64,000 nt of DNA from a virus: the IMG/VR virus record IMGVR_UViG_3300032315_001401, positions 124,018 through 188,017 of that record, one strand, 5' to 3'. Below are positions 27,574 through 40,014 of this stretch, one piece after another. The notes beneath the pieces are model-generated. The model was not told where the DNA came from. It saw only the letters and a list, made by a program, of their open reading frames with translations, and did not search any database. Within the stretch, counting starts at the first letter, position 1. Every line of letters starts with the position of its first letter. The translations under genes were made by a program, and so were the position numbers.

Positions 27574-29176
27574 TCAAGTGTCCTTCTCTACCTCTTTTTC
27601 CAGTTGCTTATAAAGAGCATATTCGTATCCACACAAAAATGCACTTTCCACCCAACTGATAAGAATTTGTTTCCTTTGGTTCTCATCCTCAATTTTTATG
27701 TCGTCCATAAAGTATTCATACCGATATGTAAATCTACCATAAAAATCTTCATAAAACCACTTGTTAAATGAAAGTTGAGCATCTTCTTGGGGGTCAAGAT
27801 ATTCATTAGCAGGATGTTTCATAGTGTATCAAAAGGTTGTTGTGCGTCTTGATACCATACTCTACTAAAACACAACCATTTCTCTGTGTCGTGCTCCATC
27901 TGTGCCATCCAGTGCAAACCTTCAGTATCTACAGCATCAAGATAATGAACACCAGTCTTGGGGCAGATGACTCTGGATACTTGTGTGAATTTTAGTTTGT
28001 TAGTCATCATCAGAACTCCAAGTATTCATTTTGGTGCTTACATTACTACTTTCCCAACCTTCATCGTATCCTACTTTGAAACCTTCTGTGTAGATTAATG
28101 CAGAAAATTTCAAGAGTTGTTTTTTGGTTGATGTAATATTATCTGGAAATTCATCAAACCCACAGGTTTTAGCAAGTTTTAGGATTTGTTCGTCAGTCAT
28201 TCTTCCAAACTCTTAATACATTTTTGAATCAGGTCATTCCATCTCTTTGGAGTAAGTTTCTCACTCGCATAAGAACTCCTAAAAGGATACTTATACCAAG
28301 TCAAACGGAAGTTTTCACTTGGGATTTCAAAGTTAGGTTTATCCATTTCATCTTCTTCATCACCCCAATAATAAGGACGGATGATAAAGAAATCGTTGGA
28401 GAAATGTGGAGTGTATCCATAATCTTTTTCTCCTGTCTTTTCTGTAATCGCATCAATAAGGATTTGGAATGGACCACCCATCCATTTCTCACGAGGAACA
28501 CTATATTCCTCTGTGGGATTTCCAAATAACATTTGTCCGATTTCAAGTTCAGTCATTTTCTTTCATACAAGGGTATTCAAACTTTTCACCAATACATTCT
28601 AACATAGTGCGGGCAAAGGTAATCTCACCATAAGCACAACCATCTTCAAAGGCATCATCATAACTACCAGCACTTGGAGTATAATCATCTCCATATACAT
28701 CATAGCAGTGTTTTACCTCTGCGAATTCTTTGAGAACCTTGAGGAGAAGTGTGAGTTTTTCTTCGTTAGTCATTTCAGTCATTTTTCATCATCATCAAAA
28801 ATTACTCTACTGCTACAATTGTTTAGATAGTTCCAAAACCACCACATATCATCAGCACCCATATATTCTTCATACTTTTCACCATATTCACTATAATAAA
28901 TGTGAGGATACATTACTCTAAACCACCAATCAAAACACCATCTCCACATCAATCTTCGCAACCAGAATTGTTGAAGTTCATATGGAAGTTTCATTTCAAT
29001 CCACTCATACAAATGGAACAAAGACAATCATCAGTTTTAGGAACTCTAAACATTATGTGATTTCCAGAGCAACAATCTCTATCACCACATTTCATACAAT
29101 TATCACAAACCCACTCTTTTTGATTACGACATTTGACGAAATCTTCAAGAGTATAGTTTTGAAGAAGGTTAGACAT
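27574..29176 (-). CDS. Run of seven coupled short ORFs (27574-27822, 27819-28010, 28000-28200, 28197-28556, 28549-28782, 28779-29027, 28991-29176)
   Basis: ORF track; overlapping starts and stops; headed by dyad promoter 29200-29258; last ORF is Cys-rich. Confidence 0.65.
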
Positions 29177-29246
29177 CAGGTGTCTGTGTGTATGAGAGTA
29201 TTATAAGGCATCCAGAGACACCCAGAGCATCCCCTGTGCCAGTTCT

Positions 29247-29935
29247 TCAAGTGTCATTCAGGTTCTCCAAAGCATCAATAAAATATTCTACACAATCTTT
29301 AGGAATACGAAATTCTGTTGTTTTTGAAAGTGGTTGTTCAAAATAAACAATTCTTACAAAATCTACCTCTTCCCAAAATTGAAAACTCCAACCTTCTTCT
29401 TCATTTTGAATGATTTGTTGTTTTTTGATGTTGTATTTCATTTAGTTTTTACACCTCTTCTTCTATCGTGTTCGTCAACTCTTGCCTTATCAACATTTCT
29501 ACCCCAAATATCATATCCTTGTGTTTGAATGAACTTTTTGTTCCTTTCATCTTTCTTTTCAAATCTGTTCATTTCAATTCCTCAATAAGTTCATCACGCA
29601 TTTGTTTGAGATTGTCTCCTGCCCAAATGTCAAGAGTTCTGTCGGCAAGTTTAACTGCTTCCCAAAGTTTAGGATAGTTCCTCCAATCTACTACATCCTC
29701 ATCAAGAGCAATCAGCAACTCAAGAATACAGAGTTTGTAAAGTTTTTCTTGGTCAGTCATTTCAGTTCTGGTGTTGTTTGAGGTGAAGTTGGATACATTC
29801 CATAACATTATCAAGAGTTAGAGCACTACCCTCATAGTAGTAATCCATATTCATTACATCTGTGACTTTGAGTTTGTAATAAAATCTATCATCAGGGAAA
29901 TACTGGTGGATGTCGATGTGAGTTTCGTAGTCCAT
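29247..29935 (-). CDS. Short early ORFs (29247-29441, 29569-29760, 29762-29935)
   Basis: ORF track plus hand-translated MDYETHIDI...; headed by dyad promoter 29958-30016. Confidence 0.6.
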
Positions 29936-30165
29936 CGGTTTGGTTGCTTATGAAGTCATTATAGACCAAAAGGAGCACCTGTGGGATGCTCCTGTGCCAG
30001 TTCTTCAAGTGTCCTCACCAAAGTTCTTATAAATCGCATCCACCCATATCTTATCAATATATTTCCTATCTTCATCAGTAATCATATTTGCTCTCATATA
30101 CTCTTCAAAGGTGATGTTATTATCATCCAAGTATTTTTGGAGTTCTTTGAGAGTTTCTTCAGGGT

Positions 30166-30360
30166 TCATTTCTCATCACCCTCTGGTTCTTCGGCAGTTA
30201 CATAGGTGACTTCCATATCAGCATAAGCAAGAATATCCATAATCTTATTCATAGTTCTTGCCCTTACATCATCTGGAAACTTTCCACCATAATTCACAGT
30301 TATCAAACTATGATAGATTATATCGTGAATAACATATAAATCAGCAGCAGTTAGTTTCAT
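30166..30360 (-). CDS. Hypothetical protein
   Basis: ORF track. Confidence 0.55.
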   Translation of the reverse strand: MKLTAADLYVIHDIIYHSLITVNYGGKFPDDVRARTMNKIMDILAYADMEVTYVTAEEPEGDEK

Positions 30361-30657
30361 TTTTCATTTCCAAAATGTTCAAGTAAAGCACGAGCAAGTC
30401 CTCTTACGATTTCTTCATCATACCACCAATCTTCACCATCACTCAAATAACCTTGAATAAAATTATCAAGTTCTTCGTCTGTTGGTTTAGTCATTTTTCT
30501 ACCTTTCGTGGGTCTTTACCTTTATGCCAAATAGTATGAAGTTCATCAACACGATTTTCCCAAATCATAGTATCTACAATATAGTCATATGGGGTTTCAT
30601 AAGTATCTTCATACACTTCTCTAATGAAGATAGATTTATTTACTGATTGGGGGTATT

Positions 30658-31185
30658 TCATTTCTCATCCACCCATCTAATAGAAAGACATTTATTCATA
30701 AACCACCGAGTAATAGCATTCGGTTTAGTCGGCATATAGAACCTCAAATAACCATTTCCAATCGTATAATAACCTTCGTGTTTATTTCCTTGTTTGATTA
30801 TAAAACTGGAAGCAATATTATTTGTTCCAAGAGAAGTGCTATAAGTTAGTATAGATTTTTGTGGAAATTGTCCGTGTTCCTTCGCATACTCAAAGTTCTC
30901 AATAATTCTATTGAACTTTGTTTCATACAAAGTTTCAGCAATATACTTTGACTTATAAAAACTATTCTTCGTTCTCTCAATCAAATCATCAAACTTCTCC
31001 TCACATTCTTGTTGGATTTCTTCTAATGATTTGGGTGGTTCGGGAATATCAAGATAAGGTTTGATTACATCAAAATACTCAAAATCTTCTGTGTAATAAA
31101 AAGCACCACAAACATAAGGAAGAATACTTTGAGGTGCTCCTTTGAGTTTTTTTGGATTGAGTTTATATCCTATTTTTTCAGTCAT
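30658..31185 (-). CDS. Hypothetical protein
   Basis: ORF track. Confidence 0.65.
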   Translation of the reverse strand: MTEKIGYKLNPKKLKGAPQSILPYVCGAFYYTEDFEYFDVIKPYLDIPEPPKSLEEIQQECEEKFDDLIERTKNSFYKSKYIAETLYETKFNRIIENFEYAKEHGQFPQKSILTYSTSLGTNNIASSFIIKQGNKHEGYYTIGNGYLRFYMPTKPNAITRWFMNKCLSIRWVDEK

Positions 31186-33225
31186 TTTTCATTCTCATTA
31201 ATAGGGGGGGGGGCAATCAATCCTGGTGGAATTACATACCAGATAATGTTGTTTGTTTTGCGAATATCTGTTAGAGCATACATAAACTCATCAATAGTAT
31301 TGAAAGATAATACTTCAAAGTCCTCTTCTTGATGAAGAGAAATCTTTTTATTTTGAATATCTACCACATATTTTATTGGAGTTTTAAGGAGTTCAGTCAT
31401 TGGTGATAATAATCCCAAATCCGTTGTTCCACCAATTCTAACACATCAGGAGGCACATATGAAGTGTCTGTGGTTGTTGGAAGTTTTGCGACTTCCTCAC
31501 AGATAAGTTCCAGTTCCATTAGGGTATAGTCAATCATTCTTCAATCTCCACATTTCCCCAACGATGAAGTGCTTCACGAATAGTATTTCTAACTTCGGGA
31601 TAAAGATTGTAATACCCTCCAATCTCATCCCAAAGTTCATCAATTTGTTCGTCAGTTGGTTCAGTCATAATCAATAATCAACTCCTTCTACTCTATTATC
31701 CCAATTTGGTCTCATTACACCTTTTTTATCCCAATTTGCTCTCACATCTTTAAACCTAAAATCATAAAGTCGTTGAACAGCACCATTGCGATTTATGATT
31801 TCGTTTTCCAACTGACGAATGTAGATATAAACTGGTTCGGGCACTTCAAAGTTTTGAAGGTCTTTATAGGGCATAATGTAGCACGAAATGTAGGATTTAG
31901 TCATTTCACTTCACCTCATTATAAAATACAGGAACTTCACCACAAATAGAATTTGCTGAATTAATCACGGTATAAGACTTCCTACATTCTATCACAATCT
32001 CATAAGATTTCAAGAACATCTCCCTATCCTTTTGAGTATTGTAAGTGTTTAGTAGTTCCATAGAAAGGAAATAACCAGTGACGATAAGAAGTGGAATGAT
32101 GAGAGTGAAAATAAAGAGTTTCACAGTGCCTCCAATTCATCAACAAGTTCAAGAATATTCTTTTCAGTAATACCAATATATTTAAGTTGATTGACTAACT
32201 CACGGAGAGAAGAAGAAAGTGCTTCTTTCATATCATCTGTGGGTTCTACAATCAATTCTGCTTTGAATGTTTCCCAGATTTGGTATGCTGTGTTAGTCAT
32301 TGTGGTTCTCCAAAAAGTCCAGTGTATCCAGTGGAATAAGATGTTTCGTAGCAACCATCATCATAACCCATTTGATAGATTTTTTGGGCAAACTTCAAGA
32401 AGTCTTTTTCATCACATTCCCAGTAAATGTCGTGTGTTGTTTTACATATGTGTCTATCAAACCCATAGGTGTTAGCAAGTTTGATGACTTCTTCATCTAA
32501 AATCATTAGAGTGCCTCCAGTTCCTCACACAATTCTAACACATCAGCACACATAATCACACCAGGACTTTGTTGGAGTTGGTTGATAGTTTCACGGAGAA
32601 CATTAGCAATCGCATCATCATTAAGTTTTTCAATAATAAAATCTTGTCTTTTATCTGCGAAAGTGAGATAAAATGCTTCCCTAATCGTTTGTGCTCTTTC
32701 AGTCATATTAGTAATTTTAGTTTTTTTGAGAGGACCATAAACTTGTTCCATTAGATTTTGGAAATCCTTTTCAATACCAAACATTAGAGTTCCTCCAATT
32801 CATCAATGATACCATCAATATCTTTCAAACAATCATCATAACCAAGAACATACATCACATTTAGTTCATCCTTAAAATCAACAGGATTTTGTCCTGATAG
32901 TTGCTTACGAAGATGTTGAAGAACCTCTTGAAGCATCCAAGCAGTATTGTGTGCTTCACTTTTACAAATAACTTTTAGGAGTTCTTCTGCTCGTTGTTGA
33001 TTAGTCATTTCAGTTCTTAAAGAGTTTGTAGATTGCGTCTGCGAGTGCGAGTGCCTCTTCTTTATCCATAGTAATATGATTAACTCGTTTATCTCCTTCT
33101 CCCTTGCGAATTTCCCAATAGGAAATGGTGAAACCTTCACAACCTACATCAAGGTTAAGATCTTCAGCAGTATACCAATAATCTGCGTGGTTTTGGATGC
33201 GAATTTGAGTTGTGATGTCAATCAT
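31182..33225 (-). CDS. Run of short early ORFs (31182-31400, 31671-31904, 31906-32124, 32121-32300, 32297-32506, 32506-32784, 32784-33008, 33010-33225)
   Basis: ORF track with refined starts; headed by dyad promoter 33249-33307; includes three ELE(A/E)L-ending paralogues. Confidence 0.65.
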
Positions 33226-33292
33226 CAGATGTCCTTGTGTATGAGAGTATTATAAGGCACTCACAGGGTCTGTGGTGAGGTCTTGTGCCAGT

Positions 33293-34960
33293 TTAGAAAG
33301 TGTCCTTCTTTATAGATTTCTCCACAATCTCTAATAATTTTTTAGGAGTAATGGAACGAAGTGCTTCATTTTCTTTTCGCAATCTTTCAACTTCCTTTCT
33401 AATTTGTTTGTTGTCTTCTCTAATTTGTTTGATTTCTTCTCTAAAACCAGACAACCAATCAGTCATAATACATTTCCTCTTCATACTTGACATAATCTGT
33501 GCAAAGATTACAGAAGAAATCTCCACCATTATCTTCTGGATGTGTCATACAATACACCCACTCACTCCAACATTCACCAAACCAATAATACCCAGCAGAA
33601 AGTTTCTCAAAGAAATTCATAGGACGATTGTAGAGTTTCGTCATTTTTCTTCCCGATTACTAATAAAAACTTTGAGAGTTCTTCCGTCATCCTGAAAAGA
33701 CAACTCTACCTTATTGTTGTCATCCCAATTCACATAAGACCTTCCATCTTGGTCAATCACTTCTACACGGGTTACATTATCAGTTGAGTAAGTCATAATA
33801 CCTCACACAAAGGGAAAACTTTTATACTACTTATAAATCCTGGTTTTGTGTATTTTTCTCTGTAATCTGCTGCGAATACTTTTGCTTCTTCTTTGGTTTC
33901 AAAAACTCCAAAGTATCTATGAAGTCCTTCTACACCCTCATATTTGTTATAAAGTCCCACTATCCACTTATGAGAATGTTCTGGGTATGTGTCGTTTTCG
34001 GCAATCCAGTCGTAGTATGCGTCCTTATTCATTCCACCCCCCAAAGTATTCAGTGAAAAATTCAAAAGCAAGAGATTGTTTGTTGTTATTAAGTTCTACA
34101 CCAAAAAAAGAACTGGCAAGAAAAGAAAGTGTGATATGAAATCCACCAGAAGACCAATGATGAGCAGTAGGATTTTCATAATTCACCCACAGGAATGAAC
34201 GATTTTTGAAGATACCAAACTGCCAAGTATGAGAGGTTTCACCTTCATCCCAGACTTTTTTATCGTATTGAAAGAGTTTCATTTCCTCACCTCACAAGCA
34301 GGAGTCATACCAACTAAGGTTGCAGCAAGTTTCAATCCACCAAGCACCGCAGTTGGAGCAATAAAAATCAACAACAGAATGCCAAGTGGAATGGCAACAT
34401 ATTCTTCAAAAAAACTTTTCATCACAGCAACTCCATTTTACATTTACCATTCACATCATAAACCACTTTGACTTGATAATCTACTGACATATCTGCTCTC
34501 CACATAGCATCTTTGAACTCTTGTGTTTCTTTTTCTGGGTATTTGGGAACAATTTTCATATTCTCATCATACTCATTACAATTCACATCACCAAGATAAT
34601 GGAGATTTAGATAACGACGGAGTTGTTGTCTTTGTTCGTGGTCAAGTTGAATTCTTACAAATGTGATGAATTCGTTTGATACTGGGAGTTCTTCGTTAGT
34701 CATTCTACAATCAGGCAATAACGACATTGGAAAGCAAAAGTTTCTTTTTGCCAGATTTTCTTCACACCATTTTCTTCCCAAGAATACACAACTTCATACC
34801 AAGGGTCTGTGCTTCCATAAGAATTGAGACCTTCAACGGTCACATAACCTTTAGAACCATCTGCCCGTGCCCAACGAGAACCAACTTGGATTTCGTGTGG
34901 TTTGAAGAAATGACGGACAACTGCTTTGCGTCCATCTATAATTTCGGTTTCGTAGTCCAT
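33293..34960 (-). CDS. Run of short early ORFs (33293-33466, 33459-33644, 33793-34032, 34025-34282, 34422-34703, 34700-34960)
   Basis: ORF track with refined starts; headed by dyad promoter 34983-35041. Confidence 0.65.
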
Positions 34961-34992
34961 CGGTTTGGTTGCTTATGAGAGTATTATAAGGC

Positions 34993-35016
34993 AAAAAGGG
35001 GTCTTATGGAGACCCC
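34993..35016 (-). terminator. Intrinsic terminator nested in a dyad promoter
   Basis: GGGGTCT/AGACCCC hairpin followed by TTTTT on the minus strand. Confidence 0.75.
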
Positions 35017-35026
35017 CTGTGCCAGT

Positions 35027-35474
35027 TTAGAGATTGTCCTCTTCCTGCTTTTCAATATCAAAGATTGCATTTAGAAACTCCAAACCATACTTACCCACAA
35101 CCCACGCATCTTTATCCTCAAAGAACCTATCACCAATGGTTCTCATATCATAACACTCTTTGCCTTTATCAAAGAAGGCAATCACATAACAGTTCTCTTG
35201 TCCTGAACCATTAGATTGATACCACTTGACGAGTTCATACTTGTTGTTGCATTTACTCCAACGGAACTCAATGTTACGAAATCTCATTGTTCTCCAACAT
35301 AGTTTTAATTTGTTGGAGGTCTTCTATTCTTTGTTTAGTAAGGTCGTATTGTTCTACATACCAATCAATATCATTGACTTCGTGATTGGTTTCTTCACGA
35401 ATGTCCCATTCAAGACATTGTAGGTGTCCTTCTTGGTCTTGTATGAAGTAGTTGAGAGTATCAAGGAGTGACAT
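35027..35474 (-). CDS. Two conserved cyanophage hypothetical ORFs (35027-35287, 35274-35474)
   Basis: ORF track. Confidence 0.65.
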
Positions 35475-35745
35475 TTTCGGGAACAGGGGGAGGAGGTGTT
35501 ACTGGTGGTAGTATAGCAGGTTGTGGTGCTACTGTTTGAACTGTAGGTGGTGGAAGTTTGACTGGTTCTGGAGCAACTTGTGGTTGTTGTGCTTGGTCAA
35601 GTTTCTTTTCCAACTCCATTACCTTTTGGTCCAATGGACTCAAAGGAACTTCTTTTTGCGAATCTGCAAGTTTCCAACCAGTTGCACCGGCAGCAAAGAT
35701 ACTTGCGAGAGCAGCAAAGACTGAAATTGTTTTAGAAAAACTCAT
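35461..35745 (-). CDS. Membrane-anchored protein with Pro-rich tail
   Basis: N-terminal hydrophobic helix; QPQVAPEPVKLPPP...PPPPVP. Confidence 0.65.
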   Translation of the reverse strand: MSFSKTISVFAALASIFAAGATGWKLADSQKEVPLSPLDQKVMELEKKLDQAQQPQVAPEPVKLPPPTVQTVAPQPAILPPVTPPPPVPENVTP

Positions 35746-35957
35746 TCAATAACCTCCCAATGTGCGTCAGATTTGTCACCGAAACGATTAGTGCCAGTTC
35801 TTGTGCTTACCCAGAAGAAGTATTTGCGATTTTCTGATGCCAAGAACAACTCACCACCAGTATCCTGCTCTACAATACAGACAGGGTTACTGTCCATAAT
35901 GTTAGCAAGACGATTCTTCGCTTTGCTGGACTTTGGTTTGACTGTTACTTTTCTCAT
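35742..35957 (-). CDS. Conserved cyanophage hypothetical protein
   Basis: VTVKPKSSKAKNRLANIM. Confidence 0.65.
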   Translation of the reverse strand: MRKVTVKPKSSKAKNRLANIMDSNPVCIVEQDTGGELFLASENRKYFFWVSTRTGTNRFGDKSDAHWEVIE

Positions 35958-36174
35958 TTTGAATCTCAAGTTTCAGTTTGCGAATACCAGTAATAAAGTA
36001 AGCAAAATCACGAGTCTCTGTAATGGGTTTGATTTCACCACACACTCCACACTTTGACTCATAAACGGAGGAGCATCCTACAGAATACACTCCATACTTC
36101 TTCCCACAATCAAAACAAGTATTGTAAGCATTCTCAAGTTTCTTCAGGAGTGCTTTTTTTTCTTTGAGGTTCAT
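35902..36174 (-). CDS. Zinc-ribbon-like small protein
   Basis: CFDCG...CGVCG; start refined to MNLKEK; dyad promoter 36221-36280. Confidence 0.6.
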   Translation of the reverse strand: MNLKEKKALLKKLENAYNTCFDCGKKYGVYSVGCSSVYESKCGVCGEIKPITETRDFAYFITGIRKLKLEIQNEKSNSQTKVQQSEESSC

Positions 36175-36317
36175 AGCAGAGTTCAACTCCGTATTTGTTT
36201 TTGAGGTTGTCTGTGAGGTAATCATACAGCAGGTCGGCAAATCCGTAGTGGGGTCTTGTGCCAGTTTCAATACTGCCACTCGTTGCGACCGTCCAAAAAA
36301 TATCAAGCGTTTTTTTA

Positions 36318-37281
36318 TCAGGTAAAGTCTTCATCATTTAACTCCACATCATCTGTAAGGTCTTTTAGTCTATTAAAGAAATCTTCATCTACGGGATAGA
36401 CCTTTTCTTCACCACGATCGATTCTATCACACATTTCCATCAGGTATTCTAAAAACTCTTTGGGATATGTTTCATCAAGATTGATAGAAGTCCAAAACCA
36501 ATTATAACATTCTTCGTATGGGTCGTCATTCTTCAGTAGAGCATAACTCTCATAGTTTCCACTAATAAGGTCTCTCCACATCTTGAAGTTGTTCCAGACT
36601 TCTCTCCAACCAGTTTGGAAACAATGCCCGAAGTAATACTCAAACCAGTTCAGTTTCGTCTTCATTCATTTTCTCCAGATAATCCCATTTCCAAGTGCGA
36701 CTCAAGACATCAATATCAAAACCAAACTTATATGCCCAGAAGAGAATACTCAACAGACCATTGCTTCCACAAGTAAATTGAAAATATGGAAAACTGGGAT
36801 AATCATTCCAACTCACAGAAAGTTGAAGCAAACTCCAACGCTTAATATTAATAATTTGAACATACCAATTGTGCCCGAAATCGTAATAGTGTTTAAATTT
36901 AATCAGTTTCATTGATTCAGTTCCTCTGCAAGTTGTAACATATCATTCTTATCCAAAACAATTCTACCATCTTGTGCCTGAAAAAACTGAATATTTTCTG
37001 CTGCAACCTGTAGAATCGCAGAAACCAGTTTTTCTTCTGTGTCAGCACCAGCATTCCGTGCTTCCCAGATTTTATTCATAAACTCTTGTGCTCTATCAGT
37101 CATCTTTAGTTACATCCTCAAAGTCAAACCATTCATACAGGGAATTCATCGCACCATCAACCACACAATCAACCACAGCATCCTGGTGTGGGTTCTCTAC
37201 ATGCTTATGGGCACGGTTGTATCCAAAGCGGACACCTTCTTCCAGTGCCATCTCCAATACCTTACGAAAGTTGGGTTTCAT
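36318..37281 (-). CDS. Four coupled short ORFs (36318-36665, 36640-36912, 36909-37103, 37096-37281)
   Basis: ORF track. Confidence 0.65.
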
Positions 37282-37772
37282 TTTTTTAATTTATATGCAA
37301 TAGTAACTCTTAAATCTGTATATTTTTTAGATGGTGCCTTACCACAATGCACCCAATTGGATGGAAACATTATACCAGTATTTGGTATTGGATGTATGTT
37401 GTTAATTAACCCATTAGGTTCAAGAATAACCGTTTCACCGCCCCAAGAAAAGTTCCAATTTTTTGCTGGATAGTATAGAAAGGTATATGCATCATCATCC
37501 GGATCATCAATATGAAATTCACCATCTAACCCAAAAGTCTGCCCATTTGCATAAACTCTCTGTATAGAAAATTCATCTCCAATTAATTTTTTTATATTGG
37601 AGAACAAATCTTGAGTAAAGAAAGAATTATTTTCTAGATTCATATACCAAAAAAAGTTTTTAGAACCTGCATTACTAACATGCCAGAATTCCCAATTTGG
37701 TTTAGTCAAATATTCCCAAATTTTATCTACTTGTTCTTGATTGAATATTTCAGTGTATTGATTTATTGTCAT
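37278..37772 (-). CDS. Fe(II)/2OG oxygenase
   Basis: RVYANGQ...FHIDD...WGGET...FPSNWVHCG...R. Confidence 0.85.
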   Translation of the reverse strand: MTINQYTEIFNQEQVDKIWEYLTKPNWEFWHVSNAGSKNFFWYMNLENNSFFTQDLFSNIKKLIGDEFSIQRVYANGQTFGLDGEFHIDDPDDDAYTFLYYPAKNWNFSWGGETVILEPNGLINNIHPIPNTGIMFPSNWVHCGKAPSKKYTDLRVTIAYKLKK

Positions 37773-37825
37773 AAAGATTTTAACCCATTCAAAACTTATT
37801 AAAGGTGTTCAGCAAGATTTCTGCA

Positions 37826-38523
37826 TTACTTCAGGGAATTTGGATTTGATTGTTTGAATTCCTTTTCAAGTTCTTTTGCAAGTTTCAAAGCACGACGCCA
37901 TATTAAGTATTTTACCACAGGATTGCGTGGATTGTGAAGTAACCACCACTTTTTCTTTTCAAACCAAATTCCTACTAATTTTGAAATAAGATTCACCATA
38001 ATTGCAACACTATTATCAGTTACGATAAAGTAAGCAATTACGGCAAAAGCAAAAAACCAAAAGTAGTAGGAAGATGTCATTGAATTAAAGCATTATGTCT
38101 ATTTAATACCGTTAAACTGCCTCATAAATCGCACACACTTTTGAAATTGCTCCCATTGCTTGTCAGAAAAATTATCCGATGCATAAGGAATTTGCACGAC
38201 TGCAGCGCAAACCCGATTCACATTTACAGTAATCATCATTTCATTTGCAGATGCTGGAGTTGCACACGCAATCAGAAATGGAATTGCAAGAAGTTTTTTC
38301 ATAGAAATTCGTCAAGAGTTGAAACAGATGCACCTTTTGCCGCCTTTTGAATGTAGGACTTTGCGGACTTATAGTTGTTTGCAGTGTGAACTTGTTGTCC
38401 TTTGTAAATGATGATGTATTTTTTGCCGGTCCAGCACACTGCTGCCCATTCACCATCTTTGCTTACGAAACCATTTGGGTCTCCTGCAGTTGGATTTAGA
38501 AGACCCTCATTTTGGATATTCAC
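37826..38523 (-). CDS. Three short ORFs (37826-38080 TM, 38099-38302 signal peptide, 38299-38523)
   Basis: ORF track; hydrophobic N-termini in the first two. Confidence 0.6.
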
Positions 38524-38708
38524 CGATTGTTTCCACCAGTAACATTTACAATGCGAGCATTTGGATTTCTTGCCTTTACAACCTCTTGTGCCTCACGAGG
38601 ACTGTTTGCATAAACCTCTTCAGCAAGTCGATGATTGCCTGCAACAAAGATTACGTTGTATTTCATGGGAAGGGGGGTTGGGGTAACGTGGATAGTATAG
38701 CAGAAAAG

Positions 38709-39935
38709 TCAGCGCCTGACAACGCTGACGGCAACCTCACCTTGCTTGAAGATGATATCCACCACATTCTGGACTGCCTTCGCAGTGCCCGTAGATGCCT
38801 TGTCAAAGACCGGGCAGACCACCAGACCATAGGATTTGGCATAGGACGCCAGGTCGCCTGCCTGAAGGGCACCAGAGCGGATTCCAGCAGCGTCTTGGGG
38901 GTGCAGACGCAGCGTCCTACCAACGGTCTGACCGATGCCCACAACGTCCATAGAGCGCAAGAATACGACCGCCTCCAGAGCAGAAATGTTGATGCCTTCT
39001 GCCAGAATGCTGTGATGCAGGACCACAAACTTTTTGTCAGGGTCTTTGCCCCAAGCATTCAGAGTGTCAAAAAATACCTCACGATTGACCTTCTGCCCAT
39101 CAATGAATGCACCGTGCTTGGCAGTGATGTGCAGCACAGAGTAACCTTGCTCTGCAAGTTGGTCGGCAAAGTCAGATTCAGACAGTAGAGCAATGATGTG
39201 GCGAGTTGCCTTTGCACACACCAGAATCTTATCAACAGGATTGCCCTGAATGATTTGCATCAGATACTCACAGTCCCGTTGGGCAATATCTTCGCCCTTG
39301 ACCGACAGACGCATCGGAACAGTAATCACTTTGGGGGGAATGATATAACCACCCTGCACCAATTCAGGAGCAGGAACTTTAGCAATGATATTGCCATACA
39401 CAGCAACATCATTCATACCAGGTTTTGCAACAGTGGCAGAATACTTGGGCGTTGCAGTAAAGAAGTAGCAACGCTTTGCTTCAGCAGCAAAATGCTCTAC
39501 GGCAGGAAAGAAGTGACGTTGAACGCTGTTGTGTGCCTCATCAAAGTAAATCGTATCCACCTCAATATCTGCCTTTGCAAGTTGCTGCAGAGAATTGTAA
39601 GTGGTGAAAATCAGTTTGTGACCTTGAGTTTGCTCATACCAAGTACGAATCATATTGGGGCGGGTGCTGCTGAAGTGATGCGTCTCACCACTGTGACAGT
39701 GCAACACAGAAGCATTGGTGATAAACTCAAGGTATTCAGCAGACAACTGCTCTGCCAGGAGGATGCGCGGTGCCGTCACTACAACAGTCTTGGGGGTAGC
39801 AGACTCAAACACACGCAGAGCATCAAAGATGCCCACGTTGGTCTTACCACCGCCAGTAGGAAACACACAGATACCTTTGAGATGCTGTGCCAGAGCATCC
39901 AGAGCAACTTGTTGGTGAGGACGAAGTTGAATCAT
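38709..39935 (-). CDS. SF2 DEAD/DEAH-box helicase (ResIII-like)
   Basis: Q motif LRPHQ, PTGGGKT, DEAH, TAT, EGIN, QTVGR; start refined to MIQLRP; own dyad promoter. Confidence 0.9.
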   Translation of the reverse strand: MIQLRPHQQVALDALAQHLKGICVFPTGGGKTNVGIFDALRVFESATPKTVVVTAPRILLAEQLSAEYLEFITNASVLHCHSGETHHFSSTRPNMIRTWYEQTQGHKLIFTTYNSLQQLAKADIEVDTIYFDEAHNSVQRHFFPAVEHFAAEAKRCYFFTATPKYSATVAKPGMNDVAVYGNIIAKVPAPELVQGGYIIPPKVITVPMRLSVKGEDIAQRDCEYLMQIIQGNPVDKILVCAKATRHIIALLSESDFADQLAEQGYSVLHITAKHGAFIDGQKVNREVFFDTLNAWGKDPDKKFVVLHHSILAEGINISALEAVVFLRSMDVVGIGQTVGRTLRLHPQDAAGIRSGALQAGDLASYAKSYGLVVCPVFDKASTGTAKAVQNVVDIIFKQGEVAVSVVRR

Positions 39936-39968
39936 CGGTCTCATTGAATATAGGAATATTATAGCAGC

Positions 39969-39991
39969 AAAAAGGGGGTCGCAAGACCCCC
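39969..39991 (-). terminator. Intrinsic terminator nested in the helicase promoter
   Basis: GGGGGTC/GACCCCC hairpin plus TTTTT on the minus strand. Confidence 0.75.
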
Positions 39992-40014
39992 ATGTGCCAG
40001 TTGTGAAAGTGTCC

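Noticed and set aside
38475-39188. 237-aa plus-strand ORF
   Set aside because: Antisense shadow of the GC-rich helicase; no motifs or promoter
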